From: a virus | Lineage: Duplodnaviria > Heunggongvirae > Uroviricota > Caudoviricetes | IMG/VR virus record: IMGVR_UViG_3300030035_000024 | Strand: one strand, 5' to 3' | DNA length: 64,000 nucleotides | Shown: positions 9,443 to 18,388 of the stretch, one piece after another | Layout: every line of letters begins with the position of its first letter | Numbering within the stretch: position 1 is the first letter of the stretch | Position numbers and translations under genes: made by a program | Notes under the pieces: generated by a model | Told to the model about the DNA's origin: nothing | Databases searched by the model: none | Seen by the model: the letters and a program-made list of their open reading frames with translations, nothing else

Positions 9443-9913
9443 TTAAGCTAAAATCAATCTATTTCCATCATAATGACTCTTTACGTAATCAATTATTTTC
9501 TCGGAATCGTCGGATGTTATATAAAAAGCGTCTTTAATCGGAATATTGTTTATTTTCATAATTTTTACTATTTTCTTTATGTGAAAAACTGTACAACATT
9601 TAAATTCCGTTTGCTCTCTTATAATTTTTCTCACTTTTCCAAAAGAAAACTCATGTTTATCATCAACAATTTTTTGGTTGTATTTTGGCATATATTTTCT
9701 AATATAAAAAATTTCCAATGAATCCAAGTCTTCAAGTTTGCATTTAATAACGGAAACCGAAGTAAAGTGTTTATTTGAATGACTATATGGGCGGAAAAGC
9801 CCTAGCTTAGACTGTCCAATATAAACTACTTCATTACCATCTAAAAGGAAATAAATAATTGGTTCTCTTGCAATCGGAATACGAATGCAATTTGAATTTT
9901 CCTTAAATTCCAT
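9443..9913 (-). CDS. GIY-YIG-superfamily nuclease-like protein (T5orf172-like), about 157 aa
   Basis: PIIYFLLDGNEVVYIGQSKLGLFRPYSHS matches the GIY...YIG spacing followed by R/H. Start taken at an internal Met (MEFKENS...). Confidence 0.4.
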   Translation of the reverse strand: MEFKENSNCIRIPIAREPIIYFLLDGNEVVYIGQSKLGLFRPYSHSNKHFTSVSVIKCKLEDLDSLEIFYIRKYMPKYNQKIVDDKHEFSFGKVRKIIREQTEFKCCTVFHIKKIVKIMKINNIPIKDAFYITSDDSEKIIDYVKSHYDGNRLILA

Positions 9914-10176
9914 AGATTGATACCTGCCTTTCGTATAAAAGAGTGCCTTGAACTGTATGTAAATCAACAGGCAGGCGGCAAGGCATTTCCGCTTTTCGAT
10001 GATCGGTCTAGCCTGTTGGTTTTACCGAAATTTATCGACTTAATAAAAAAAGAGCCGCCAAGTAAGACAAAAAATTCCTCAAAATCGAGAAATATTAATT
10101 TCTTCTTAGCGGCTCAAAAATCAAGACCGTGTGTACTTCTTCATTAAAGAAATCATACCACACAATCAGTCAAAAA

Positions 10177-13100
10177 TCAATATGCCGGGGACGGATTGAA
10201 ACGGCTATTCGTTTCATTCTGGGCTTTTGTTACAGCTTTCGCAATCTCGCTTCCGTCTAAAATAATGCTGTTCATGATGTACTGCGGATTCTTGTTTCCG
10301 CTGTTCATACTCATTGCCATTGCAACTCCCTGGGCTACTGCTTTTGCCATTTCTTCTTTTGTAAGTCCCATGCTTCCGTCCGAACTGGAAACAATGCTGT
10401 CTGCAATCTTCTTCATGGTTCGTGGATTTTCCAGAGGAAGGACAGCTTCGGAACCGGCTTCACCGATACCAATTACCTGTGCGCCATTGAAAAGACCACC
10501 TTTGGCATACCAATTAGGCTTGTAAACTGGTGTAGAACTGGTTCTTCCACCGCCAAGATCATGTTTTCTCCACTCTGAAATATAATAAGTCAGAGTTGGT
10601 AAATGTACTTGTTTCATGCCATCAGCGAATGATTGAGCAGTTTCCCGACCAATTGATGTAAGATTAACATTAAATAGCCTTTTAATTTTATCCGAAATCC
10701 CAGACAAATTGGTTTCTGTATAAGATTTCATTTTCCCAGTTTCCGTGTCAACTTTACCAGAAGCCTTTTCCCAAATCTGGTTTGTATTGATTAGAACAGA
10801 AGACCAATAACTTTGAATGGTTGTCATAACCTTACCCATTACATCTTTTGTATCGGTGTCCATGGTTCCGAGAGCTGTCGATACAGCACTTGCGGAATTT
10901 CCCCAGTTTGTTTTGGAGTTTGTTTCAACATCATCATTCGTGTTCTTTATCTTTGACCAAATGGAAGGCATTGTGCTTTCTGTGCTTTTTTTCATCCCAG
11001 CCATTGCCGTGCTTACAGCTGCACTGGCTATTCCAAAACCAGTCTTAGAGTTTGAAGAAATGGATTTCGTAGCTGTTTCCACTGATTTGCTCATTGTTGA
11101 TGAAGATTTTGGAACATCTTCTGAAAAAGCTTTAATAACTTTTCCTGTGTCAATTCCCATCTCTGCCATTTTATCCATCAAGGCTTGGAATGCGGCTCTG
11201 GCTGTTGCACCAGATGATTCTTGTTGCTGAAGGACAGCACTTAATTCATCAAACTGCGTTGGAGTGATTACTGCTTGATTTGAAAGTCTTTCTAATGCAG
11301 ATTTCGCATTATCAAATTCTGTCCCCATCGTACCGATATATTCATTAATATTACTTACATGAGAATTTGTAGAAGTATCGGATTCTTCCATTGCCTGTTT
11401 TAATGCTTGCTTAAATGTATCGGAAGAAATTCCAAGATTTTCAAGTGATGTTTCTACGGTTTGGAGCTGTCCATCAAAATCAAATGCATTGTCTTTCACA
11501 TTTTTTAAATCACCGCCGAGTCCGATAAGTTTATCGCCAGAGATTCCAGTTTGTTCTTCGATGATTTTCAATGCTTTTCTAACAACTTCAAAATCGTTGA
11601 ATGCGTCAGCTGTGGAATCTTTAAAGTCCATAGCTTTTTTTACCTGTCCAAGACCTTCCACGACAAATGCAGTCGCGCCTAAATTAGTTGCGTATCCCCA
11701 AAATCCTTGGAATTGTCCACCAGCTGTTTGTGCGACATCACCGAGATTTTTTATCTTTTCTGCAAGTGTAGTAAACCCGCCATTTCCAGCCGTTTCCGCT
11801 GCTCCACCAATATCACCGATGATAGTGGGAAGAGAAGATGCGGTATCAAGTGGGAAATTTAAAAGTTTTGAAGCTAATGAACCGATTCCGCTAGCAAAGG
11901 AAAAGATTTTGGTGGCAATATCTTTGGCTATTTTGATTGCAAACAATGTTCCAAATGCAGCACCAACTTGTTTTATAAATTCTGGATCAATTCCACTTAA
12001 TTTTTCAGCCAACCAATTAATTGCATTTGCAATACCGTTAATTAAATCCGCTCCGATATTAATTATTCCTTCAAGCCCGGTAATCAACGCATCTGCAAAT
12101 CCCTCTGCAAATGGTTGGAATGCAGACCATAAATTTCCAAGAGCAGTTCCAACAGCATTCCAATCAACCTTATCAATAAAATTCTGTATTGAGGTTTTTA
12201 CACGGTCAATACTGCTCCAAATCCACTCCCAGTCAACATCAATAACTCCGAAATTATCAAGTGCAAGTACGATTCCACCGATGCCAAGTGCCATTGACGC
12301 ATAAGGATGTTTTGCCAGTAAAGAAAGTCCTTTTCCTAATGGGCTGTCTTTTCCAATGATTCCACCAATAAAGGTTAATCCTTTGAATCCTAGAATCGCC
12401 AAAGAAATTTGGCCGAGACTCTTTCCTATAGCTTGTGCTGTTTCGGGACTTATATTTTTTATTGCTTCTGCGATAGAATTTAGACCTCCAGGAACAGTTG
12501 AATTGATGAAATTCTCTCCGACATTAAGTAAATCTTTATAAAAATCCACAATGCCTTGTCCTACATTCTTTGCAAATGGAGCCAATGCATCCCAGAAATT
12601 TTTCAGTGATTTATTAAGTTCTTCCCAATGAATGTTGTTTCCGAAACTGGTCAACGCATCAACTAATTGTGGAATTGCGCCGTTCATCGTCCAAGTTCCG
12701 ACTGGAACGAGAAAATGCTCGTAAAAATCCATAAGTCCCGTCCAAACAAATTGTGTTGGCTTTTGGAGCATAGTAAACAATCCTTCTAAAGAAGTTTGGA
12801 GCTTTAACCAGTTGATTTTTGTCAGCAAATCATTTGTAATGTTAAAGAATCTTGGAAGTCCTGAGTTGTTTGATAATGACCATTTACCGATTGGCTGTAG
12901 GTAATTCTTCCACAAATTTTTCAAAGCATTAATCGAAAAATTTCCTAGTCTGCTTAGACCTTCATTATAAAGCTTCTTTATTGCGGCAGTGGTTGGCTTT
13001 GCATTCTTTCTGATTTGTTTAAATGCCTTGATAATCTTATCAGATACAGTTTGCGCTTTATTCTCAACATTTGCAAATGCTTGATCCCATGCTTTTTGAT

Positions 13101-15117
13101 AATCAGAAAGTGCTTTATCGAAAGCAGCGTCCAGTTCTGGTATATGGGCACTTCCCAGAGCCCCGCTGCCCGAGCTTCCACTTGAACTTGATGTCTTGTT
13201 ATCATTCAACTGGTTCAATTCATCGAAGGAAAGAACAGAAAGAGTTTTTTGTAATTTCTTCGCATTGTCGTTTGCATTGTCGAGCCCGGATGCAGCATTA
13301 TCTGTGCTGTCTGCAATATCTCCCATATCGACTGAAGCTTTTCCAGTTGAAGATACATAATCCGATAGCTTAATGCCAAGTAGTTTTGCGAGCCAAGAAA
13401 AAGCTCTTTCCAATGCCATAACAAGACCGTTAATATATGGAAGTACTTTTGCAACAATAGGGAGGAACAATGTTCCGATACTTCTACCAAGTGCTTCGAA
13501 ATTAGATTTCAACATACGAACCTGGTTGGCTGGTTGATTAATTGTTGAAGCCAAATCAGCCCATGCATATTTAGAACTATTCAATATTGTAATTGTTCTT
13601 AATATAGCTTTATCTGACTGGCTTAGACTTGATACAGTAGCGTCAATTCCAAGATTATAAAGTTCCTGTTGTAAATTTGCTACACGGATATTAATACCAT
13701 ATTTATCAAGTGCCCTGCTCATTCCGGTTATGCCAGAAGCCATATCATTCCAAACATCGTTGAATTCAAGATTTTTTACAGAAGCAAGGTCTGCTCCGAT
13801 TTCTGTTAAAGCTTGTGAAACCTTAGTTGATGCATCTGCTGTTGCCCCCATTGATGACGCCATCTGTGCATAAGTAGCTTGATAGTTCATCGTTTGTTTT
13901 GGATCAAGTCCAAGGCTCACGCCTTTTGTTCTAGTCAGATCACCTGCATCTGATACTTCAAATCCGGTCATTTTTTTTGTCAGCTCTTTTGCACGCTTTT
14001 CAAAGGAACCGACATATTCCTCTGCGGATTTTACTCCTGCATTCTGCCATTTGCTGATATCTAATCCATCAGTAACTTGATCGAACGCAGAATTAAAATA
14101 ATTAAGTGTTTCAACATAATCTGATGCAGAATTTACAGAATTCCAAAGTGCTTTAATTCCTCTTGTCACCGTGAAGAATTTCGCATATAATCCGGCAAGT
14201 TGTGAAGTTAATGAACCAACTTTTTTTGAAGTTACGTTTGCATTATTTCCAAATCCAGTTAAAGCAGAACTAGCAGCTCCAATCATGGATGATAACTTTT
14301 TCCCAGCATTTCCAAGTCCGTTTGTGGAATTTGATAATCTCGAAAATGAATTCGAAAGAGAATTTGTGGCTTTATTTATTTTTCCACTTGCAGTAGCTAA
14401 CTGTGCCAAAGCTTCTGTCATTCTTATTGTATTTTCGCTGATTCTTGGCGCAGTTTTCATTACATTGAAGAACGACAATACTTCATTCGCTAGTGTTCCA
14501 AGTTGGCTTGATGTTTGCCCGATTTTATTCCCAGCGCTTGCCAATTGTGCAATTGACTGAACAAACCTATTTACGGAATCTGAAATTCCATCAACACCAA
14601 TAAAGCTTTCTGTGATAAATTTCAAGTTACTTCCCAATGCAGGTAATTCAGCTGATACATTCGCAATATATTCACCGGAATTGGCTAATCTAGCCATTGA
14701 ATTGACAAAACGATTAACACTGGTAGATACATCCGGTATTTCCGATAAGCCTGATAATTTAGTGATTATTTCTCCGAGTTTCCCAGAATCAAATCCACTA
14801 ACATCAACCTGGCTAAGCCTGTTTATTGAGTTGATAACTGCATTCAGACCAGAGCCTTTATAATCTACTCCACCCATTGTCTTTATGGAATTTGAGAATT
14901 TTCCAATTCCATCAGCAATGCTTGTCATTTTCCCTATATCAAGTTCTTTTAGTTTTCCAAGTTCCCTTACACAACTACGCAATCCGTTTGTATTAACTCC
15001 GCTTAATGCGGAATTAACTTCTGTGAGTTTGTTTGAAAGATTAGTCAGCGCACGTACTGCTTTTTCTGTACTACTGCTAATCTGTATATCAAGGGTATCA
15101 ATGGTATTGTCAGCCAT
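10177..15117 (-). CDS. Tail tape measure protein (1646 aa)
   Basis: Very long, Ala/Gly/Ser-rich and helical with repeats; position downstream of the chaperone genes. Start placed at MADNTIDTLD, ATG 15117 with RBS AAAGGAGGG 9 nt upstream. Confidence 0.9.
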   Translation of the reverse strand: MADNTIDTLDIQISSSTEKAVRALTNLSNKLTEVNSALSGVNTNGLRSCVRELGKLKELDIGKMTSIADGIGKFSNSIKTMGGVDYKGSGLNAVINSINRLSQVDVSGFDSGKLGEIITKLSGLSEIPDVSTSVNRFVNSMARLANSGEYIANVSAELPALGSNLKFITESFIGVDGISDSVNRFVQSIAQLASAGNKIGQTSSQLGTLANEVLSFFNVMKTAPRISENTIRMTEALAQLATASGKINKATNSLSNSFSRLSNSTNGLGNAGKKLSSMIGAASSALTGFGNNANVTSKKVGSLTSQLAGLYAKFFTVTRGIKALWNSVNSASDYVETLNYFNSAFDQVTDGLDISKWQNAGVKSAEEYVGSFEKRAKELTKKMTGFEVSDAGDLTRTKGVSLGLDPKQTMNYQATYAQMASSMGATADASTKVSQALTEIGADLASVKNLEFNDVWNDMASGITGMSRALDKYGINIRVANLQQELYNLGIDATVSSLSQSDKAILRTITILNSSKYAWADLASTINQPANQVRMLKSNFEALGRSIGTLFLPIVAKVLPYINGLVMALERAFSWLAKLLGIKLSDYVSSTGKASVDMGDIADSTDNAASGLDNANDNAKKLQKTLSVLSFDELNQLNDNKTSSSSGSSGSGALGSAHIPELDAAFDKALSDYQKAWDQAFANVENKAQTVSDKIIKAFKQIRKNAKPTTAAIKKLYNEGLSRLGNFSINALKNLWKNYLQPIGKWSLSNNSGLPRFFNITNDLLTKINWLKLQTSLEGLFTMLQKPTQFVWTGLMDFYEHFLVPVGTWTMNGAIPQLVDALTSFGNNIHWEELNKSLKNFWDALAPFAKNVGQGIVDFYKDLLNVGENFINSTVPGGLNSIAEAIKNISPETAQAIGKSLGQISLAILGFKGLTFIGGIIGKDSPLGKGLSLLAKHPYASMALGIGGIVLALDNFGVIDVDWEWIWSSIDRVKTSIQNFIDKVDWNAVGTALGNLWSAFQPFAEGFADALITGLEGIINIGADLINGIANAINWLAEKLSGIDPEFIKQVGAAFGTLFAIKIAKDIATKIFSFASGIGSLASKLLNFPLDTASSLPTIIGDIGGAAETAGNGGFTTLAEKIKNLGDVAQTAGGQFQGFWGYATNLGATAFVVEGLGQVKKAMDFKDSTADAFNDFEVVRKALKIIEEQTGISGDKLIGLGGDLKNVKDNAFDFDGQLQTVETSLENLGISSDTFKQALKQAMEESDTSTNSHVSNINEYIGTMGTEFDNAKSALERLSNQAVITPTQFDELSAVLQQQESSGATARAAFQALMDKMAEMGIDTGKVIKAFSEDVPKSSSTMSKSVETATKSISSNSKTGFGIASAAVSTAMAGMKKSTESTMPSIWSKIKNTNDDVETNSKTNWGNSASAVSTALGTMDTDTKDVMGKVMTTIQSYWSSVLINTNQIWEKASGKVDTETGKMKSYTETNLSGISDKIKRLFNVNLTSIGRETAQSFADGMKQVHLPTLTYYISEWRKHDLGGGRTSSTPVYKPNWYAKGGLFNGAQVIGIGEAGSEAVLPLENPRTMKKIADSIVSSSDGSMGLTKEEMAKAVAQGVAMAMSMNSGNKNPQYIMNSIILDGSEIAKAVTKAQNETNSRFNPSPAY

Positions 15118-15165
15118 TTTATTTGTCCCTCCTTTTTTACAAAAAAAATAAAGGGCAGACAAGAC

Positions 15166-15579
15166 TTATTCATCCTGCCTGCCCTTTTCATGGTTAAGCT
15201 CAAAGCTTGCCTGCATGAGTTGCAAGCTTGCCAAAAGTGCGTTTCTCTGTTTTTTCTTTTCTTCTTCAGAAAGTATGCCTTCCTGTTTACGCTTTTCTTC
15301 CTCTGCTGATTCTAGTAAAGGTTTTTTCAAATACTCTGCCTTGGATTTTTTTCCCATTAAAGCATTTGCAACAGCTGTGAATGTGGCTGATGTTTCATAA
15401 ATGCCCGCTTGCCAAAGCTCGGCGTCTTTCCTCTTTTGGCGTATCTTTTCAGCTTCGAGATAAGGTTTTAATTCAGCTGGTGTAGAATCCATAAATTCTT
15501 CTTTAGATACGCCAATAGAGAGGTATAAAGGAAGAATCTCTTGGTAAACAGCTTCTCGAAAAGTTAATTTTTCTTTTTG
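15166..15579 (-). CDS. Tail assembly chaperone C-terminal extension (gpT-like), made as a G-T fusion by programmed -1 frameshift
   Basis: The -1 frame is open from the slippery run through MDSTPAEL... to a stop at 15166. It overlaps the last codons of the upstream chaperone ORF. Confidence 0.5.
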   Translation of the reverse strand, partial: QKEKLTFREAVYQEILPLYLSIGVSKEEFMDSTPAELKPYLEAEKIRQKRKDAELWQAGIYETSATFTAVANALMGKKSKAEYLKKPLLESAEEEKRKQEGILSEEEKKKQRNALLASLQLMQASFELNHEKGRQDE

Positions 15580-15992
15580 TGATCCTGCGGAAGCTTCGTT
15601 GCATTCTTCTCCACTGCCTGTGCTTCTGCTACTGCATTCAGCAGACCGGATAAAAAACCATTTTTCTCCAATTCTTTGTCAAGAAGTTGGTATAAATCAA
15701 ATCCGCTTTTCGGATTTTCCTCAGTTCCTTCATCTTCGTAATCATCCAAAAGGTCACAGACTTTATCAAGAGCAGCTTCTTTTTCAGAATCACTTTCATA
15801 CCCAAACTCTTCCTTGTGCTTCTTTTGAAGTCCGGCAAGAAGCAGTTCCGGGAGAAGAGAAATCATCTTCTGAAGGCTTCTCTCTTTTCCATCTGTAATT
15901 CCCTGTACCTTGTCCAGCACATCTGTTTTTGTAAGAAGTCCGTATCCGAATACAACCTTATATTCTTTTCCATGTACATTAAAAGTTACCAT
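15564..15992 (-). CDS. Tail assembly chaperone (gpG-like, 142 aa)
   Basis: Acidic 142-aa protein between the major tail protein and the tape measure. Ends ...QDHKKKN with the slippery sequence at its 3' end. Confidence 0.6.
   Translation of the reverse strand: MVTFNVHGKEYKVVFGYGLLTKTDVLDKVQGITDGKERSLQKMISLLPELLLAGLQKKHKEEFGYESDSEKEAALDKVCDLLDDYEDEGTEENPKSGFDLYQLLDKELEKNGFLSGLLNAVAEAQAVEKNATKLPQDHKKKN
15573..15579 (-). other. -1 programmed ribosomal frameshift slippery heptamer C_AAA_AAG
   Basis: Minus-strand sequence cag gat cac aaa aag aaa aat taa. The G-frame stop is 6 nt downstream, and the -1 frame continues for 138 codons. Confidence 0.45.
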
Positions 15993-16014
15993 TTTATAAT
16001 CCTCCCATTATTTT

Positions 16015-16488
16015 TTATAATTCTGATGTAGTTACAACCTTTGTATCGAGTCCTTTGTAATCATTTATGATTAATGATATCGGGATGGTCGCAGCTTCAT
16101 TTTGACCGATTTCTGGAAGCGGAATTGCTCGTCCTGTTTCGGCAACAATAAAAAATGCTTTTTCGAGATCTGGGAACGCAACTTCGAACCAGGTTGAAAG
16201 GCCTTTAGCTTTTGCGTCTTTAGAGTCTTTAAAAAGTTTTTCGATTGCAGTTATAACGTCAGCATTCATGTTAAAAGTAACTTCCCATGCGCCTCCAGTA
16301 TCCTGCCTTCCTGCCGCATATTGTGTGAAGTAATCTTCCAATGCGGAAACATCAATCTGTTCAGTATCAAGACTTATTCCACCGATTGCGCTACATCTTT
16401 TTATTTGAGTAAATGCAGTTGGCTTTGTTCCACTCACTGTTTCTACAGCATAATGGAAAGTTACGCCAAGTGTTGTTAAATCTGTCAT
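16015..16488 (-). CDS. Major tail (tube) protein (157 aa)
   Basis: Position immediately upstream of the G/GT chaperones and the tape measure. Size and beta-rich composition fit. Confidence 0.55.
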   Translation of the reverse strand: MTDLTTLGVTFHYAVETVSGTKPTAFTQIKRCSAIGGISLDTEQIDVSALEDYFTQYAAGRQDTGGAWEVTFNMNADVITAIEKLFKDSKDAKAKGLSTWFEVAFPDLEKAFFIVAETGRAIPLPEIGQNEAATIPISLIINDYKGLDTKVVTTSEL

Positions 16489-16563
16489 TTTAATAGGCCC
16501 CTTTCTTTAATTCATGTTTTATGCACGTAACCCTGTGCCGGGAGATAGCGGATCACCGCCTTT

Positions 16564-16857
16564 CTACTCTTCTTTTCCTGATTGCTTGATAAGTTGATTT
16601 ACATAATTACTTAATCCGGCAACGATAACGCCTTGTGTAATTGCGGTAAACAGTGCCATTGCAGCTTCCTGTGAACCGGAAACTGTAGATGTTGCAAAAA
16701 CATAAAGACCGCAAATTAATACACCAAGAATTCCTAAAATCATTGGAATAAATTTGTCAGAAATATTCTCTGACTTTTTAATCATTTCTCCGATAAAATA
16801 AAGAAATACAACGACAATAAGTAATTCTGGCTTTACATAACTTAAAATCTGATCCAT
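16564..16857 (-). CDS. Small membrane protein, holin-like (97 aa, 2-3 TM)
   Basis: TM segments LLIVVVFLYFIG, IPMILGILGVLICGLYVFA and ALFTAITQGVIVAGL, with a charged C-terminus. Confidence 0.35.
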   Translation of the reverse strand: MDQILSYVKPELLIVVVFLYFIGEMIKKSENISDKFIPMILGILGVLICGLYVFATSTVSGSQEAAMALFTAITQGVIVAGLSNYVNQLIKQSGKEE

Positions 16858-16915
16858 AATCTCACCTCGCTTTCGTTTTAAGCATAAAAAAAGAACGTCT
16901 ATGCGTTCATTGGTT

Positions 16916-17317
16916 TCAAAGTAATTTTCCTGTATATATCCGGCTGTATCGGCTTACAAGCTTTTTGATTCCACTGTCACCAAAAAACATAGGTTCCGGG
17001 CCATATGTACGACGGAATCCCATGTTCACCATAGCTTTGTGACTTATCTTGTCCAATTCATACACTCTGGTTAATGCTTTGCTACCAGATGTGAAGCAAT
17101 TTACTTGAAATGATGGCATTGTTGCGCATTCATCTCCTTCAAGGTCACCTCTCGTAATTGGATTTCCAAGCATATAAAGCTGTGCGTATGCTTTTTTGCC
17201 AGAAGCATTTGTCTCGCTCCCATCCATGGAATAATTGTCTGCGCCAGTAACCTTAGAAACAGCCGCTCCCCATTTTGAAAAAACTTCCAGTACAGGGGAT
17301 TCTATTGTGTCCGGCAT
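16916..17317 (-). CDS. Hypothetical tail-module protein (about 133 aa)
   Basis: Start moved to MPDTIESP, ATG 17317 with RBS GAGGTGA. Confidence 0.35.
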   Translation of the reverse strand: MPDTIESPVLEVFSKWGAAVSKVTGADNYSMDGSETNASGKKAYAQLYMLGNPITRGDLEGDECATMPSFQVNCFTSGSKALTRVYELDKISHKAMVNMGFRRTYGPEPMFFGDSGIKKLVSRYSRIYTGKLL

Positions 17318-17409
17318 ATCTGTCACCTCACAATAAAAAATGCGCCCACCTTCATAGTGAACGCATTGCATTTTATGCTACAATTTAACACTGTAATGAT
17401 AACATAATT

Positions 17410-17440
17410 AGTTGGTATCATTCAGTATATTATGGTATCT
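17410..17440 (-). promoter_or_regulatory. Copy 2 of the 30-bp conserved motif (AGTTGGTATCATTCAGTATATTATGGTATCT)
   Basis: Intergenic between 17444 and 17371, upstream of the 16916-17317 gene, holin-like gene and major tail protein block. Confidence 0.45.
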
Positions 17441-17443
17441 TCT

Positions 17444-17995
17444 TTAGGAAGAGAACACCTCTTTGGCGATTTTTCGGATATTCTGAATGATTTCTACGCT
17501 TGCCTTATACATTGGCATTGTGGCTTCTGTACCGTAAGAGCGAACCCATTCGCCAGAATCGGAGACATATACCCAGGAATCGTATTTTCCTTTTCCTTGT
17601 CCGTAAGAACCGATTGTATAACCAAATTCTTCTCCTTTTGGATGTGGGCTAGAACCGGCTGCACCATTGTAGTGAATACCAGCGCCGAATTCAATGAATA
17701 AAATGCTTTTGCCTTCGCATATTAAATGAGCTTCTGCATAGTCACCAAAACTGTTAATTTTGATATAAGTATTGTGGTTCTTATCGGAATCGCCTTGTGC
17801 TGCCAAAATATTTTGGTCAATAACTGGAATCCCTAATTCACATAATCTTTTTATGAAGATTTCATTTTTGCTCCTTAAAGATTTTTGATAATTTTTTATT
17901 TCATCAATAGCTTTTTGGATTGATTTCTGTGATAAGGTACACTTTATTGTCTTACCCATCTTCATTCCCTCTCTTAGAAATTCCGCATCTGGCAA
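17444..17995 (-). CDS. Hypothetical protein (183 aa)
   Basis: ORF-track ORF; Gly-rich segment NGAAGSSPHPKGEEFGYTIGSYGQGKG. Confidence 0.35.
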   Translation of the reverse strand: MPDAEFLREGMKMGKTIKCTLSQKSIQKAIDEIKNYQKSLRSKNEIFIKRLCELGIPVIDQNILAAQGDSDKNHNTYIKINSFGDYAEAHLICEGKSILFIEFGAGIHYNGAAGSSPHPKGEEFGYTIGSYGQGKGKYDSWVYVSDSGEWVRSYGTEATMPMYKASVEIIQNIRKIAKEVFSS

Positions 17996-18344
17996 TATTG
18001 CCTTTTTGTGTGTCTAAAATCTTCTTTAGTGTGTAGTCTGGCAATACTGTGGGCTCTCCATTTTCATCCAAAATAAGGCTTCCATCCTCGCTTATTTGTG
18101 GGATTCTGTCTATCCAAAATATATCTGCTTCCTGTGGATGGAAATTTCGATTAAAGCTTGTAATGTATCTGTCATAATCTGGCACTATTCCGGCTGCAAT
18201 TTCTTCTGGTGTTCCGGCTGTAGATGATACAGAAAAAGAGAACAGAACTGGCTTCTCATAAACTTTACTGCGGTCTAATCCTTTTGTTTTTTCAGTAATT
18301 CGTGACCAATATACTTTTTGCTTTTGACGGACTAATCCTCTCAT
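17952..18344 (-). CDS. Hypothetical protein (130 aa), possible head-tail joining or tail completion protein
   Basis: Size and position between the fiber and tail genes. Confidence 0.3.
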   Translation of the reverse strand: MRGLVRQKQKVYWSRITEKTKGLDRSKVYEKPVLFSFSVSSTAGTPEEIAAGIVPDYDRYITSFNRNFHPQEADIFWIDRIPQISEDGSLILDENGEPTVLPDYTLKKILDTQKGNIARCGISKRGNEDG

Positions 18345-18388
18345 ATTTCCTCTCTTTCTTAAATTTGGTTGCTTAACTAAAGCCCTCT

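Noticed and set aside
2200-10176. The tape-measure-to-Dit island as a phage satellite (PICI-like) inserted in the tail module
   Set aside because: It has a RepA_N-like gene, Rha and RHH regulators, but no integrase, no packaging-redirection genes and no flanking direct repeats that I could see. A moron/homing-endonuclease hotspot explains it more simply.
10196-15151. Numerous plus-strand ORFs (for example 11489-12304 271 aa, 10817-11230, 14171-14560) antisense to the tape measure gene
   Set aside because: They lie entirely inside the long minus-strand tape measure ORF, have no ribosome-binding sites, and their composition simply mirrors the antisense of an Ala/Gly/Ser-rich gene.
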